Source of the DNA: an uncultured Planctomycetaceae bacterium
GTDB lineage: Bacteria > Planctomycetota > Planctomycetia > Isosphaerales > Isosphaeraceae
Direction of reading: 5' to 3'
NCBI GenBank assembly: GCA_963833985.1
Contig: CAWIAD010000002.1
Location: 6,144,001-6,208,000, forward strand
DNA: 64,000 nt
Positions within the stretch are counted from its first letter, which is position 1, and the number at the start of each line of letters is the position of its first letter. Below, piece by piece: positions 47,328 to 58,900 of this stretch. The notes under the pieces were generated by a model, which was not told the DNA's origin, made no database searches, and saw nothing but the letters and a program-made list of their open reading frames with translations. The position numbers and the translations under genes are program-made.

Positions 47328-49406
47328 ATGGCAAGAGACAGTGTGAGGAATTCACTTCAGCATTTCCAGACTCTCTGCACGCTCGGGGCGATCGGCGGGC
47401 TCAGCGACCACGAGTTGCTCGCGATGTTTCTGCTGCAAGACGAGCGTAACGCCAACGCCGCGTTCAAGGTTCTGGTGCAGCGACATGGGCCCATGGTCAT
47501 GGGCGTTTGTCGACGCATGCTCGCCCATCACCACGCGGCGGAAGACGCTTTCCAGGCGACGTTCCTGATCCTGGTACGGCGCGCGGGCACCGCCTCGCGG
47601 CAGGCAAAGCTGGCAAGCTGGCTGCACGGCGTTGCCGTCCGCGCCGCGAAGGAGACGAGACGCTCCGAGGCGCGGAGGCTGGCCAGGGAAAAGGCCCTTC
47701 GCGGGGGCGGCTCGGTGGAGCATGCCTGCGACGATCGAGCCGACCAGATCGACCTGAAACTGGTGCTCGACGAGGAGTTGAGCCGTCTTCCGGGGCGATA
47801 CCGGGCCGCTCTTGTGGCGTGTGAGCTGGAGGGAAAATCGCGCCGGGAGGCAGCGCTGGAGCTGGGAGTGCCGGAAGGAACGCTCTCGAGCGATCTGGCA
47901 CGCGGGCGAAAGCTCTTGAGGAAGCGGCTGGAGCGTCGCGGCTTGAGTGCCTCGGCCTGGCCGTCAGCGGGAGGGGCCTTCGAGGTGGGACGGGATCTGT
48001 ACCCGGATGCGCTGGCGGAATCATCGGCTCGAACCGCGGTGAGTCTCCGATCCGGAGACGTCTCGACAATCTCGCCCCAGGTCCTCCGGGTGATTCATTC
48101 TGCGGGAAGGAGCACCTTCGTGAGCAAACTGATTATGGCGACGGCGAGCTGCGCTTCCGTGGCAGTCCTGGTGCTGGCCGGGGGTGTGGCCTGGTCCGGT
48201 CAAGACGCACCGCCCCGGACCAGGGCCAAAGCACCCGGGCTGCCGCGCGTCTCCTCGTCCGTGGAAGGTGACAAGCTACGCATAAATCTCGAGGTTCCTC
48301 TTGACCTGGTGGTCCCCAGCACGGTCATCCTGCGGGGTCAAGGACGGGAGATCGAGATCGCAATCGGCCCGCGGCTGCTCCGTCGCATGCAAGGGCACAC
48401 CGGGCCGGTCAGTGCGGTGGCGTTCTCTCCGGATGGTCAGCGGATCCTTTCGGCGAGCGGCTGGCCCTGGGGCGATCGAACCTTGCGGCTCTGGGACGTG
48501 GCCAGCGGTGCAGAGATCCGACGGTTCCAGGCGGCCCGCGACGATTCTGGCCCCGCAACGCACGGCCCACGCGAAGTTCCCGGTGAGGTATACTGCCTCG
48601 CGTTCACCCCCGACGGGCGCCAGGCCCTCTCGGCAGGCGCCGGCGGGTTGGTTCAGCTCTGGGACCTGGAAACCGGCAAGGAAATACGTCGGTTCCCTGG
48701 GCACACCGGCACGGTCTACGATCTGGCGATCTCAGCCGACGGCCACCGCGCCCTGACGGGCAGCCGGGACAGAACGGCCCGGCTTTGGGACCTTTCCAGC
48801 GGCCGGGAGATGCAATGCCTCAAGGGCCACACCGGCTGGGTCCGCTCGGTGGCGTTCGAGTTTCCCGATTGCCTCCGCGCGATGACGGGTTCCGGTCCTG
48901 GAGACCCCACGCTGCGGCTTTGGAACCTCGAGAAGGGCCGCGAGCTGGGAGCTTTCCATCAGGACGGTATCGTGCGCGATCTGGGGTCTGTACCTGGTCC
49001 GCCCGGGAGTGGGCTGTGGGCCATCGCGGCCGTCAACCCCGAAACCCACAATGCCCCCGGCGCAATCCACTACTGGGACCTGAATGTTGCACGCGACGCT
49101 CGCCAGTTCCGTGGGCATCGCGCTGCCGTCACCAGCGTGGCGTTTTCTCCGGATGGCCGACAGTTCCTCTCGTCGAGCTACGATGGCACGGTGCGGCTCT
49201 GGGACATTGTGAGCGGGCGCGAGCTGTACCGTCTGGCCGATCATCGGGAATGGGTCTGGACGGTGGCTTACAGTCCGCGGGGCAACCTGGCTGTCTCGGG
49301 CGGAGGCGGCTCCGGCGGCGACCAGACCGTTGCACCCGGCCACGACTTCGCCCTTCGCTTGTGGGACCTATCTGCGCTGCCAGAAGTGAAGAAAGAGACG
49401 CAGTGA
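47328..49406 (+). CDS. ECF sigma factor fused to a TM segment and WD40 repeats (planctomycete ECF57-like)
   Basis: LSDHELL..F, AF..LVQRHGPMVMGVC, AEDAFQATFLIL, EGTLSS.L.RGR; GH...V..VAFSPDG...D.T.RLWD repeats. Confidence 0.92.
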   Translation: MARDSVRNSLQHFQTLCTLGAIGGLSDHELLAMFLLQDERNANAAFKVLVQRHGPMVMGVCRRMLAHHHAAEDAFQATFLILVRRAGTASRQAKLASWLHGVAVRAAKETRRSEARRLAREKALRGGGSVEHACDDRADQIDLKLVLDEELSRLPGRYRAALVACELEGKSRREAALELGVPEGTLSSDLARGRKLLRKRLERRGLSASAWPSAGGAFEVGRDLYPDALAESSARTAVSLRSGDVSTISPQVLRVIHSAGRSTFVSKLIMATASCASVAVLVLAGGVAWSGQDAPPRTRAKAPGLPRVSSSVEGDKLRINLEVPLDLVVPSTVILRGQGREIEIAIGPRLLRRMQGHTGPVSAVAFSPDGQRILSASGWPWGDRTLRLWDVASGAEIRRFQAARDDSGPATHGPREVPGEVYCLAFTPDGRQALSAGAGGLVQLWDLETGKEIRRFPGHTGTVYDLAISADGHRALTGSRDRTARLWDLSSGREMQCLKGHTGWVRSVAFEFPDCLRAMTGSGPGDPTLRLWNLEKGRELGAFHQDGIVRDLGSVPGPPGSGLWAIAAVNPETHNAPGAIHYWDLNVARDARQFRGHRAAVTSVAFSPDGRQFLSSSYDGTVRLWDIVSGRELYRLADHREWVWTVAYSPRGNLAVSGGGGSGGDQTVAPGHDFALRLWDLSALPEVKKETQ

Positions 49407-49423
49407 GTGTTGCGACTCGAACT

Positions 49424-50437
49424 TCACGGCAGCCTCCGCAGCGGGCCGGAGACCAGCAGTCGGTCAAGCAACAGCAGCACAAATGCCAGGCCGGCCCAGG
49501 GGGCGAAGTGCTCGTCGTAGCGCGTGCGGATCGTCGTCCGGATCAGGCTTTTCTCGAGCTCACTGATGGTCTGGAAGATCTCGCGCAGGGCGTCGGCGTC
49601 GGCCGCCACGAACGAACGGCCGCCGGTGATGCCGGCCAGCCGCTCGAGCAGGGCGATGTTCGGGCCCTCCGTCTCGGTCACGACGGGCTGCCGTGAAGTG
49701 GGGTCAGTAGCGTGCACGATCCCGCCCGTGCGGCCAACGGCGATCGTGTGCAGGGTGATGCCCAGGTCGCGCGCCATGGTCGCCGCGGACTCGGGGTCGA
49801 CCCGCAGCGCCGGGGGAACTGCCGGCTCGTCGTTGCCGTCGGTCAGGAGAATCAGCACTCGCTTGCTTGGCGTGGCCTCACGCAAGGCGCCCAGGGCCTT
49901 GGCGATGGCGTATCCGATGTTCGTGCCGTCATCGCCGGGCCGAGCGATGCGCACGGCCTGGGCACTTTCCAGCAGGAACCGGTGGTCCGCCGTGAGCGGG
50001 CAGCTCATGTCGGGGTAGTTGGCGAAGACGACCAGTCCGATCAGGTCATCCGGGCGGCCCTCGACGAACTCGGCGAACGTGGTCTTGGCAGCCTCCAGCC
50101 GGCTGATTTTCCGCGTTTCTCGATCGACGGGGAAATCCACCGTTTTCATGCTCGAGCTCTGGTCCAGCGCCACGACAATTGCCACCCCGTGGGACGCGAT
50201 CCGGATGACGCCGCCGACCGTCTGCGGCCGTGCCAGGGCCACCGAGAGCGCGGCGATCGCCAGGCTGCGCAGGGCCGCCGGCACGAACCGCAAGGCCAGC
50301 CGCGCCGACCTTCGCCTTTGCCCCGGCGGCAGGTCGGCAAAGCTGGGCCAGAGCATGCGCGGCCGGGCCCGTTCCAGAACCACTGGTACGGGGAGCAAGA
50401 TGAGCAACAAGAGCCAGCCGGGATGAGCGAATTCCAT
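49424..50437 (-). CDS. vWA domain protein (BatA-like)
   Basis: MEFAHP.WLLLL, ALARPQ, DQSSSM, IGLVVFA, PLT.DH, GTNIG, ILLTDG, ISELEK. Confidence 0.88.
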   Translation of the reverse strand: MEFAHPGWLLLLILLPVPVVLERARPRMLWPSFADLPPGQRRRSARLALRFVPAALRSLAIAALSVALARPQTVGGVIRIASHGVAIVVALDQSSSMKTVDFPVDRETRKISRLEAAKTTFAEFVEGRPDDLIGLVVFANYPDMSCPLTADHRFLLESAQAVRIARPGDDGTNIGYAIAKALGALREATPSKRVLILLTDGNDEPAVPPALRVDPESAATMARDLGITLHTIAVGRTGGIVHATDPTSRQPVVTETEGPNIALLERLAGITGGRSFVAADADALREIFQTISELEKSLIRTTIRTRYDEHFAPWAGLAFVLLLLDRLLVSGPLRRLP

Positions 50438-50485
50438 GGAAAACACCGGTAAGACCGGCCCCCGAGCCTTGATCTCGCCGACAGG

Positions 50486-51694
50486 TTACGGGCGGCCACC
50501 CAGCAGCGCCCGTCGCGCCGCCAGGGCCCGCGCGAGTGCCGCTTCCGGGTCGGCATCAAGCACGGTCAGGTGGCCCATTTTTCGGCCCGGCTCGGCCGCA
50601 CGCTTGCCGTAGAGGTGGATCTTGACGGCTGGATCGAGCCGCAGGGCAGCATCCCAGCAAGGTTCGCCGCCGGCCCAGAGGTCGCCCAGCAGGTTGACCA
50701 TGGCCGCGGGCATGGTCAGGTCGCTGGGGCCCAGCGGTAATCCGCAGAGCGCGCGTACCTGCTGTTCGAACTGGCTGGTCACGGCGGCCTCGATGGTGAG
50801 ATGTCCCGAATTATGCGGCCGGGGGGCAATCTCGTTGACGAGCAGGCGGCCCTCCGCCGTGACGAAGAACTCGACGCAGAGAACGCCCACGGTCCCCAGC
50901 GCCCTGGCCACGCCCAGGGCCAGCGCCCGGGCTTCCGAGGAGACGATCGGCCCCACAGGCGCCGGCATCATGGTCGTGTCGAGGATGTGTCGCTCGTGGC
51001 GGTTCAGCGCCACGGGATAAGCCACGGCATCTCCGTCCTGCCCGCGCGCCACCACCACGGAAAGCTCGCAGGCGAACTCGACCCAGCCCTCGGCCACGCA
51101 CGGCACGCGGCCAAGGCTGGCCCAGCCGGCTTCCATCTCTTCGGCCTGCGCCACCAGCACTTGCCCCTTGCCGTCGTAGCCGGAGCTGGCCGTCTTGAGG
51201 ATGAGCGGCAGCCCCAGCGCCCGCGGGGCCGAGCTGAGCTCCTGCTCGTTCCGGACCGGACGCCAGGGGGCGTGGGGGATTGCGTGGCGGGTCAGGAAGG
51301 TCTTCTCGCGAAGCCGGTTCTGGCTGGTCCAGACGGTACGCCAGCCGGGCCGCACCACCCGCCTGCGCGACAGCCAGCGGAGCGCCGGGGCCGAGACATT
51401 CTCGAATTCGACGGTGACCGCCTCGGCCTGCGCGGCAAGGGATTGAAGCGCGGCCAGGTCGTCGGGAGCACCGAGCACCGTCCAGTGAGCCACCTGGGCC
51501 GCCGGGTCATCGCCGGAGGTGCCCAGCACGCCCACCTGGTAGCCCATCCGCTGCGCCGCCTGGACGAACATCCGGCCCAGTTGACCGCTGCCGATGACGG
51601 CCAGCGACGCCGGGGGAACGAGGACCTTGTGAGCCGCATCATTCGCGGGACAGGCGACGGCTGAAGCGACCGTACCAGCGGTTCGCGAGCTCAT
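50486..51694 (-). CDS. purK: N5-carboxyaminoimidazole ribonucleotide synthase
   Basis: [50 protein letters not shown]. Confidence 0.96.
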   Translation of the reverse strand: MSSRTAGTVASAVACPANDAAHKVLVPPASLAVIGSGQLGRMFVQAAQRMGYQVGVLGTSGDDPAAQVAHWTVLGAPDDLAALQSLAAQAEAVTVEFENVSAPALRWLSRRRVVRPGWRTVWTSQNRLREKTFLTRHAIPHAPWRPVRNEQELSSAPRALGLPLILKTASSGYDGKGQVLVAQAEEMEAGWASLGRVPCVAEGWVEFACELSVVVARGQDGDAVAYPVALNRHERHILDTTMMPAPVGPIVSSEARALALGVARALGTVGVLCVEFFVTAEGRLLVNEIAPRPHNSGHLTIEAAVTSQFEQQVRALCGLPLGPSDLTMPAAMVNLLGDLWAGGEPCWDAALRLDPAVKIHLYGKRAAEPGRKMGHLTVLDADPEAALARALAARRALLGGRP

Positions 51695-52194
51695 ACCGGC
51701 GTTTCTCCCACGGCGTCAGTCTGGTCCTGGCGGAACCGTGCGAGAGCAGCGCGCAGGGCCGGGTACTTGCGCGCCAGGATGGCCGCGGCCAGAAGCCCCG
51801 CATTCGCCGCGCCCGCGTTGCCGATCGCCAGCGTTCCCACCGGAACTCCACGGGGCATCTGAACGATCGAGAGCAACGAATCCATGCCCTTGAGCGACTT
51901 GCTTTCCACCGGCACCCCCAGCACTGGCAGAATCGACATTGCCGCGAGCATGCCGGGCAAGTGCGCCGCGCCACCGGCACCCGCGATGATGACCTCCAGG
52001 CCCCGTCCTTCCGCCTCCCGGCCATACCGGAAGAGGCGTTCCGGCGTGCGGTGCGCCGAGACGACCTTGCTCTCGAAGGGTATGCTCAGCTCGGTGAGGA
52101 CCTCGGCGGCATGCCGCATGGTCTCCCAGTCCGACTTGCTCCCCATCACGACCCCCACCAGGGGCGATCGGGGTACTTCGGGCGTTTCGGCCAC
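51691..52194 (-). CDS. purE: N5-carboxyaminoimidazole ribonucleotide mutase
   Basis: [37 protein letters not shown]. Confidence 0.97.
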   Translation of the reverse strand: MAETPEVPRSPLVGVVMGSKSDWETMRHAAEVLTELSIPFESKVVSAHRTPERLFRYGREAEGRGLEVIIAGAGGAAHLPGMLAAMSILPVLGVPVESKSLKGMDSLLSIVQMPRGVPVGTLAIGNAGAANAGLLAAAILARKYPALRAALARFRQDQTDAVGETPV

Positions 52195-52213
52195 GTCGAC
52201 CTCGCATGAATCT

Positions 52214-52699
52214 TCAAGCGTCGATTGGGTTGATCGAATCCCCGATGTGAATCACACCGCCCTCCAGGATCTCCGCCCGCAAGCCGCCCCGATGCACGAG
52301 CGCGGCGCAAACACCTTGCCGGGTCAGCGACTCCAGGTGCGCACAGGGCTCGCACAGACGGATGCCGCGGAGTGTCACCGGGCCAACCCGGAAGGTCTTG
52401 CCCACCAGGTGATTGAGCGCGATCCCCCGCGTGACCACATTGCGGCGGGTCTCGATCGGTCGCAGGGGAATCTCGTCAACTCGGTTCACCGCATCGATCG
52501 CCTCCGCCTCGATGAGGGTGATCTCGCGATCGGGACCAGTCTTGACGTCCGGCAGGCCCGGGCGGCGATATTTGCGGTCTCCTTCCAGGCCATGCCCGGC
52601 GACTGCAATCACCGCTTCAACCGCCTGTAACGGCTGCTTCGACGTGGGACCGATGAACAGGGCCTTGACGGCAGGGTTCGAGTCTTGAGTGCTGGACAT
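52214..52699 (-). CDS. MOSC domain-containing protein
   Basis: [35 protein letters not shown]. Confidence 0.9.
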   Translation of the reverse strand: MSSTQDSNPAVKALFIGPTSKQPLQAVEAVIAVAGHGLEGDRKYRRPGLPDVKTGPDREITLIEAEAIDAVNRVDEIPLRPIETRRNVVTRGIALNHLVGKTFRVGPVTLRGIRLCEPCAHLESLTRQGVCAALVHRGGLRAEILEGGVIHIGDSINPIDA

Positions 52700-52738
52700 G
52701 GTCAAGATTCCGATTGAGAATCCACGTGAATGCACTGC

Positions 52739-53404
52739 TCAGTTCGACGTTTTCTTCTTCACCCAGCGGTCGGCCAGCTCGAGCAGCCGGGCGAGCGGCA
52801 GCTCATAACCGGGCAGCAGGGGCGTGGCGTAAGACGCGTCTGCGGCGATCACGATCTCTTGCTCGGGCTCGGGGTTGAAACGGCAGACGGTCATCGTCCT
52901 CGAGAATCGATCTACGATCCAGTATTCCTTCACGCCAATCTCGCGGTACTCGGCGCGCTTTGCCTGGTAATCACGCTGTTGATTGACTTTTCCCTTCGAG
53001 ACCAGCTCGATGATGATCGTGGGTGTTTCGCCCGGCTCGGGCAGACGCCCCAGACCCGCCCAGATCACGCGGTCGGCTCGCCGACGGTTCTTTCTCGTCT
53101 CGATCTCCTCCTCGGCGAGCGTCGCGTCCAGTGCCGAGCCCTGTGGATGCGACTCCTGATAGTTCCGCAGCCAGCGGCCTAATTCTTCGTTCGGATCACG
53201 TTCACTACGTGCGGGAATGGGGGACACGACAAGAACCTCATTGATCAGCTCGTACCGCCAGCCTTTGACGAATCGCGCACGGTCGAACTCATCGGTGCTC
53301 AGCAGCAGCCCGGCCGATCGCGGCCCGAGGCGTAGCCGTGGTGGTCTCGTCCGGCGCGGACGTTTCCCCCCTGTCTCGCGCGTTGTCGGTGCCTGCGACA
53401 TCAT
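52739..53404 (-). CDS. Uma2 (DUF820) family putative endonuclease
   Basis: RYELINEVLVV, RRAD, PTIIIELVS, DY..KR.EY...GV.EYWIVD; only the last about 221 codons of the 795-aa track ORF. Confidence 0.88.
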   Translation of the reverse strand: MMSQAPTTRETGGKRPRRTRPPRLRLGPRSAGLLLSTDEFDRARFVKGWRYELINEVLVVSPIPARSERDPNEELGRWLRNYQESHPQGSALDATLAEEEIETRKNRRRADRVIWAGLGRLPEPGETPTIIIELVSKGKVNQQRDYQAKRAEYREIGVKEYWIVDRFSRTMTVCRFNPEPEQEIVIAADASYATPLLPGYELPLARLLELADRWVKKKTSN

Positions 53405-53563
53405 GGACCTCGGCTGGAGGGCGGTCTTCAAGACTCGATCACGAGTGTACGGCCATTCTACCGCATCCTGCCTGCGGAATTGACCCTCAATCAGGAACCG
53501 GGGAAGATGGAGCCATCTTGAACGGAGTTGATGCCAGGGCTGGCCTCGAGGAAAGGATGACGG

Positions 53564-54682
53564 ATGAAAGATGGCGAAATCCGGCTGGGCGTGATCGGGT
53601 GCGGAGGATTCGGCCTGTATGCTCTCCAGCAGTTTGCCCAGGTGCCCGGACTGAAGCTGGCCGGCATGGCGGGCACGCACCGGCAGGCAGCGATGGCTGC
53701 GGCACAGCGCTTCGGGATCCCTGATATCGAAGATGTCAGCGAGATGCTGGCACGCGATGACATCGATATCGTGTACATCGCCACGCCGCCGTTCCTGCAT
53801 CATCCGCAGGCGATGCAGGCGCTGCGGGCCGGCAAGCACGTGATCTGCGAGAAGCCGCTGGCTTTGACGGTGGCCCAGGCCGACGAGATGATCGCCGAGG
53901 CCCATGCGCGCGACCGGCTCCTCACGGCCAACCTCATGCAACGCTACAACCTGGTCAGCGACGCCGTCGGCAAGCTCGTTCAGAGCGCGGTCCTGGGCGA
54001 ATTCCTGCACGGCACGTTCGAGAACTACGCGTCCGACGAGAACCTCGGGCCCGGCCACTGGTTCTGGGATATTTCCAGGAGTGGAGGCATCTTCATCGAG
54101 CACGGAGTGCACTTCTTCGATCTGTTCGCCGGCTGGCTGGGGCCGGGCCGGGTGGTCTCGGCCGAGCTTGGCTTGCGGCCCGGTTCCGCGCCACCGATCG
54201 AGGAGCACGTGCACTGCACGGTACGCTACGGACAGTCGATGCTTGTCAGCTTCTACCACGGATTTCACCAGCCCGGCCGCATGGATCGCCAGGAGCTGCG
54301 GATGGTCTTCGAGCGCGGAGATGTGACGCTGTATGACTGGGTACCGACCCGGGTCCGGGTGCACGCGATCGCCGACGAGGCCCAGACGCGCGCCCTGTGC
54401 GAGCTCTTCCCGGGTGCCCAGCTCGATGCGCTGGCCACCTATGCTCCCAGGGACCGCGCCTGCGAGGGCCGGCACAAGAGGCTGGACGTCTACCAGACGC
54501 TGGAGCTTTCCTGGGGCGAGGGGACCAACAAGTCCGTCCGCTATGGCGAGCTCCTGCGAGCGCTCATGGCCGACCAGCTCGCCTGGATCGCCAATCGTGA
54601 CCACACCCGCAAGATCACCGAGAAGAACGGCCGCGATTCGCTGGCCGTCGCTTGCCAGGCCGATACTCTGGCACGGGCCTGA
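53564..54682 (+). CDS. Gfo/Idh/MocA family oxidoreductase
   Basis: GVIGCGGFG, IATPPFLH, GKHVICEKP, SGGIFIEHGVHFFD. Confidence 0.92.
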   Translation: MKDGEIRLGVIGCGGFGLYALQQFAQVPGLKLAGMAGTHRQAAMAAAQRFGIPDIEDVSEMLARDDIDIVYIATPPFLHHPQAMQALRAGKHVICEKPLALTVAQADEMIAEAHARDRLLTANLMQRYNLVSDAVGKLVQSAVLGEFLHGTFENYASDENLGPGHWFWDISRSGGIFIEHGVHFFDLFAGWLGPGRVVSAELGLRPGSAPPIEEHVHCTVRYGQSMLVSFYHGFHQPGRMDRQELRMVFERGDVTLYDWVPTRVRVHAIADEAQTRALCELFPGAQLDALATYAPRDRACEGRHKRLDVYQTLELSWGEGTNKSVRYGELLRALMADQLAWIANRDHTRKITEKNGRDSLAVACQADTLARA

Positions 54683-54707
54683 TCTTTCCTGGGAAGGAGC
54701 CAGATTC

Positions 54708-55778
54708 ATGCCGCTGAAGCGTCTCTTCGAGCGCGTGCTGTTGCGCCCCGCAGATCTCAAGCCCTCACGCGAAGACTTCGAGGTCGTGGGCGTGTTCAAT
54801 CCGGGCGCAGTGCGCAGGAATGGCGAGGTGATCCTGCTGGTTCGGGTCGCGGAGCAGCCGCGCGAGAAACGCACAGGCTTCACTGCCCTGCCCCGCTGGA
54901 GCAAGCATGGCGAGCCGGAGATCGACTGGGTCAAGAACAGCGATCTCGAGCCCGTCGATCCGCGGGTGGTGAGACGCAAGGCAGACGGCCTGGTCCGGCT
55001 GACCTTCACGTCGCACCTGAGGGTCGTGCGCTGCGGCGACGGCCGGTCGGTCCAGGGGGTGAGCGATACGTGCTTTCTGCCCGGGACCGAGCTGGAAGAG
55101 TACGGCGTCGAGGATCCGCGCATCACGTATCTCTATGGGCGATATTATTTCACTTACGTCGCCGTCTCGCGCCACGGGGCGGCCACCGCCCTGGCTTGCA
55201 CGGAGGACTTCGTCAGTTTCTCACGCCAGGGCACCATCTTTTGCTGCGAGAACAAGGACGTGGTTCTCTTCCCTGAATGGATTGGCGGCGCCCACGCCGC
55301 GCTGCACCGGCCGAACCCGGCCACGCCATTCTGCCGGCCGGAGATGTGGATCGCCTGGTCGCAGGACCTCATCCACTGGGGCCATCACGGCGTGCTTCAC
55401 GGCGGCGGCGCCGAGTGGGAAACGGGGCGCGTTGGCGCCGGTACGCCACCGCTGCGCGTTCCCGGCGGCTGGCTCGAGATTTACCACGGCAGCCGACACA
55501 CGACCGTGCCCGGGACGGTCGGCAAGTACTCCACCGGCGCGCTCTTGCTGGACGCGGAGAACCCGGCGCGAATCTTGAAGCGTACTCCCGAATCCATCTT
55601 CGAGCCCACGGCTGAGTTCGAGCGGAAGGGATTCGTGCCCGATGTCGTTTTCCCCACCGGGATCGTCGAGACCGAGGGCACCTTTCTGGTTTACTACGGT
55701 GCCGCGGACACCTGCACGGCCGTCGTCGAGTTCTCGCGTGCGGAGTTGCTGGCGGCGCTCGCGGCCCCGGGTTCCTGA
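54708..55778 (+). CDS. Glycoside hydrolase family 130 (mannoside phosphorylase/hydrolase)
   Basis: GVFNPGA, YGVEDPRIT, NKDVVLFPE, HRP, GFVPDVVFPTG, YYGAAD; ATG after AAGGAG. Confidence 0.9.
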   Translation: MPLKRLFERVLLRPADLKPSREDFEVVGVFNPGAVRRNGEVILLVRVAEQPREKRTGFTALPRWSKHGEPEIDWVKNSDLEPVDPRVVRRKADGLVRLTFTSHLRVVRCGDGRSVQGVSDTCFLPGTELEEYGVEDPRITYLYGRYYFTYVAVSRHGAATALACTEDFVSFSRQGTIFCCENKDVVLFPEWIGGAHAALHRPNPATPFCRPEMWIAWSQDLIHWGHHGVLHGGGAEWETGRVGAGTPPLRVPGGWLEIYHGSRHTTVPGTVGKYSTGALLLDAENPARILKRTPESIFEPTAEFERKGFVPDVVFPTGIVETEGTFLVYYGAADTCTAVVEFSRAELLAALAAPGS

Positions 55779-55952
55779 GACTCGATGCATATTGCCCTGA
55801 CCGAAGGAGACAGCCAGCATTTCATGGAAGGAACAGGCCGCGACCGTGCTGCCTCACCGGTCGCGGCACCTGGAACCTGGATCGTTTCTTCGAGCGCTTC
55901 TCAGCTCAGTCTCAGCATGCTCGTACGATCGTCGGCAGGTCGCGGCGTGGTC

Positions 55953-58900
55953 TCATCCGACCTGGAGGATGACGGACGCGTCGATGAAGGCGGAGTAGTC
56001 GGATCCGCTGGGATCGATGCCGGCGAAGGTGATGGTGTGGCTGCCGGCCGTGACGTTGAAGGCGGCAGTAGTGTAGATTGAGTAGTTGGTGCTGGCGGGG
56101 GTGATGGTGCTCACGACTGTGCCGTCCACCAGCACCTGCACCTGCTCGTTACTGGTTCCGTAATTGGCCCGCTGGGCAGCGCTGAAGCTGATCTGGTACG
56201 AGCCGGTCGCGGCGAAGTTGACTGACTGGCTGATGGAACCAGTCTGCTGGAGGAAGGCGACCTGGGTGCCTTGCGGTGCGTTGGGGTTGCCCGCGGTGAA
56301 ACTGCTGCTGTTGCCTGCCAGGCCGGCCGTGCCGCTGTAGCTCCATGCCGTGCCCGTGGGATCATACTGGTAGGCCAACTTGCCCGATCCCAGGCTCGGG
56401 TTCTCGAAGCTGGGGTCAGTAAACCCGGCCGGCGAAACGCTGTAGAGACTGACCTGATCGAGCAGCGCCGTATAATCGTCCCCGGTCGGAGCCACACCGA
56501 TCAAGGTGATCGTGTGGTTGCCCGCGGTCACATTGAACGCGGTGGTCGTGTACGTGCCATAGCTGGTGCCGGCTGGGACGAAGGTATCCAGCAGCTTACC
56601 GTCCACCAGGACATGAACTTCCTCAAGACTGGTGCCGTGGTTGGCGCGCTGGGCGGCGGCAAGGCTGATCAGGTAAGAGCCAGGCGTCGCGAAATTGACG
56701 GTCTGGCTGATGGATCCGGCGCCCTGGAGGAAGGCGACCTGGCTGCCTTGCGGCGCGTTGGGATTGCCGCTGGTGAAGGTGCTGCCGTTGCCCGCCACGC
56801 CGGCCCCGCCGGTGAAGCTCCATGCCGTGCCCGTGGGATCAAACTGGTAGGCCGACGTGCCGGTCCCCAGGACCGGGGTCTCGAAGCCGGAGTCGGAGAT
56901 GCCGGCCGGCGGAGCGTTCGAGACGCTGAGCTGATCGAGCAGGGCAGTGTAGTCGGATCCGCTGGGATCCACGCCGATGAACGAGATCGTGTGGTTGCCC
57001 GCGGTCACTGTGAACGCGACGGTCGTCAACATGGTGTAGCTGGTACTTGCGGGGGTGAAGGTGCCCACGGTGTTACCGTCCACCAGCACCTGGAGTGATT
57101 CGTTGCTGGTGCCGTAATTGGCGCGCTGGGCGGCACTGAAGTTGACTTGATAGCTCCCGGCCGCCGCGAAATCGACGGTCTGGGTCATCGTACCGGTTTC
57201 CTGGAGGAAGGCGACCTGGGTGCCCTGCGGCGCGTTGGGGTTGCCCGCGGTGAAGCCGCTGCCGTTGCCCGCCACGCCGGCCCCGCCGGTGAAGCTCCAT
57301 GCCGTGCCCGTGGGATCATAGTGGTAGGCCGACGTGCCCGTACCCTGAGTTGGGGTCTCGAAGCCGGAGTCGGAGAACCCGGTCGGCGGAGCGTTCGAGA
57401 TGCTGAGCTGATCGAGCAGGGCAGTGTAGTCGGATCCGCTGGGATCGACTCCTGCGAAGGTGATGGTGTGGCTGCCGGCGGTCACGGTGAACGCGGCAGT
57501 CGTGTAGGAGTTATAGCGCGTGCTGGCCGGGGTGAAGGCGTCCACCACGGTGCCGTCAATCAGCACCTGGACTTTCTCCTTGCTGGAGCCGTAGTTGGCG
57601 CGCTGGGCAGCACTGAAGCTAAGCTGGTAGGTCCCGGCTACGGTGAAATCGACGGTCTGGGTCATCGTACCGGTTTCCTGGAGGAAGGCGACCTGGGTGC
57701 CCTGCGGCGCGTTGGGGTTGCCCGCGGTGAAGCCGCTGCCGTTGCCCGCCACGCCGGCCTCGCCGGTGAAGCTCCATGCCGTGCCCGTGGGATCGTACTG
57801 ATAGGCGGAAGCGCCCGTGCCCAGGATCGGGTCTTCAAACCCCGCGTTGAGTATGTCGGCGGGGGAGCCGGCGATGGTCATACTGGAGCCATAAAGGCTG
57901 CTCATGAGGTAAGAGCGATACTCAGGTCCGGTCATCTGCTGCACATAAGTTTTGGTTCCATTGGGCAGCACCTCGATTGTCTGCCCGATGGTACCGGAAG
58001 ATGAAGCTTGATCCCCGGACGTGAAGTCAAGGTTCCCGTTGGGGAGCAACTGCGCGGCCCCCAGGGCCGAGGAGTAGTTGCCCAGGTCGGCATTGACCAC
58101 CAGCGTGGCCGTCATCGTTTGCTCGTTGAGGACCAGTTCCTGCCCGCGGCTATCCGCGTTCGGGTTCGTCAGGCGGCGAGTGTTCCCGTCATCAAAAACC
58201 AGTATCGTCGAGTTGTCGACATAGGTCACGTCGTGCTGGTGGGAGAACCACGGGGATGGGTCCGAAGAATTGATGGTGAAATCCCCGCCCTGCCCCAGCC
58301 GCCAGACGACGTGGCCGTCTCCAGTCCCGTTGGCGTAGTCGATCTTGATCACCCAGTCCTGGGCGCGCAGTGAGACCAGCAGGTTCCCATCCTCGGGCGA
58401 GTAGCTGATGGAGTTGGCGTGCAGCCAGTCCCCCGGGCCCTCGCCATTCGTGGGCAGGCGGCTAGTCGAAAGCCAGTCGAAGGGGTTCCAGGCCCACGAA
58501 ACCTGGAAGTTCTGGTTCAAGACGAGAACCATGTCGCCGTTGTAGGTGGTGGGGGTGCCGTTCACGTTGATGATCTTCTGAGTCAGGGCCAGGACGGCCG
58601 TGTCACCGTTGGGCAGGCGCACGGCCTCGTGGTTGAAGCTCATGATCGAAGGTTGTCCCATCGCGGCAAGTTCGGCGTTGACGGCGTAGATGTCCGTCTG
58701 GCGTACCTCATTGCCGCCCAGGTCAATCTCCCTCAGCGTGTCCGTGCTCCCGGCCCCGGAAAACGTGCCACCCAGCAGCAGCATTGTGCCGCCCGGCACA
58801 AGGCTCGTGCCATAGCTGTAGAAGTTATTGCCCACAGAGTCATAGTACCAATTGATGTTCCCCTGGAGGTCTGTCGCCAAGGTCTCGGTGATGTTGGGCG

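Noticed and set aside
53405..55126. 795-aa minus-strand ORF suggesting a long fusion to Uma2
   Set aside because: The upstream part is the antisense shadow of the oxidoreductase and GH130 genes; only 52739-53404 has Uma2 motifs
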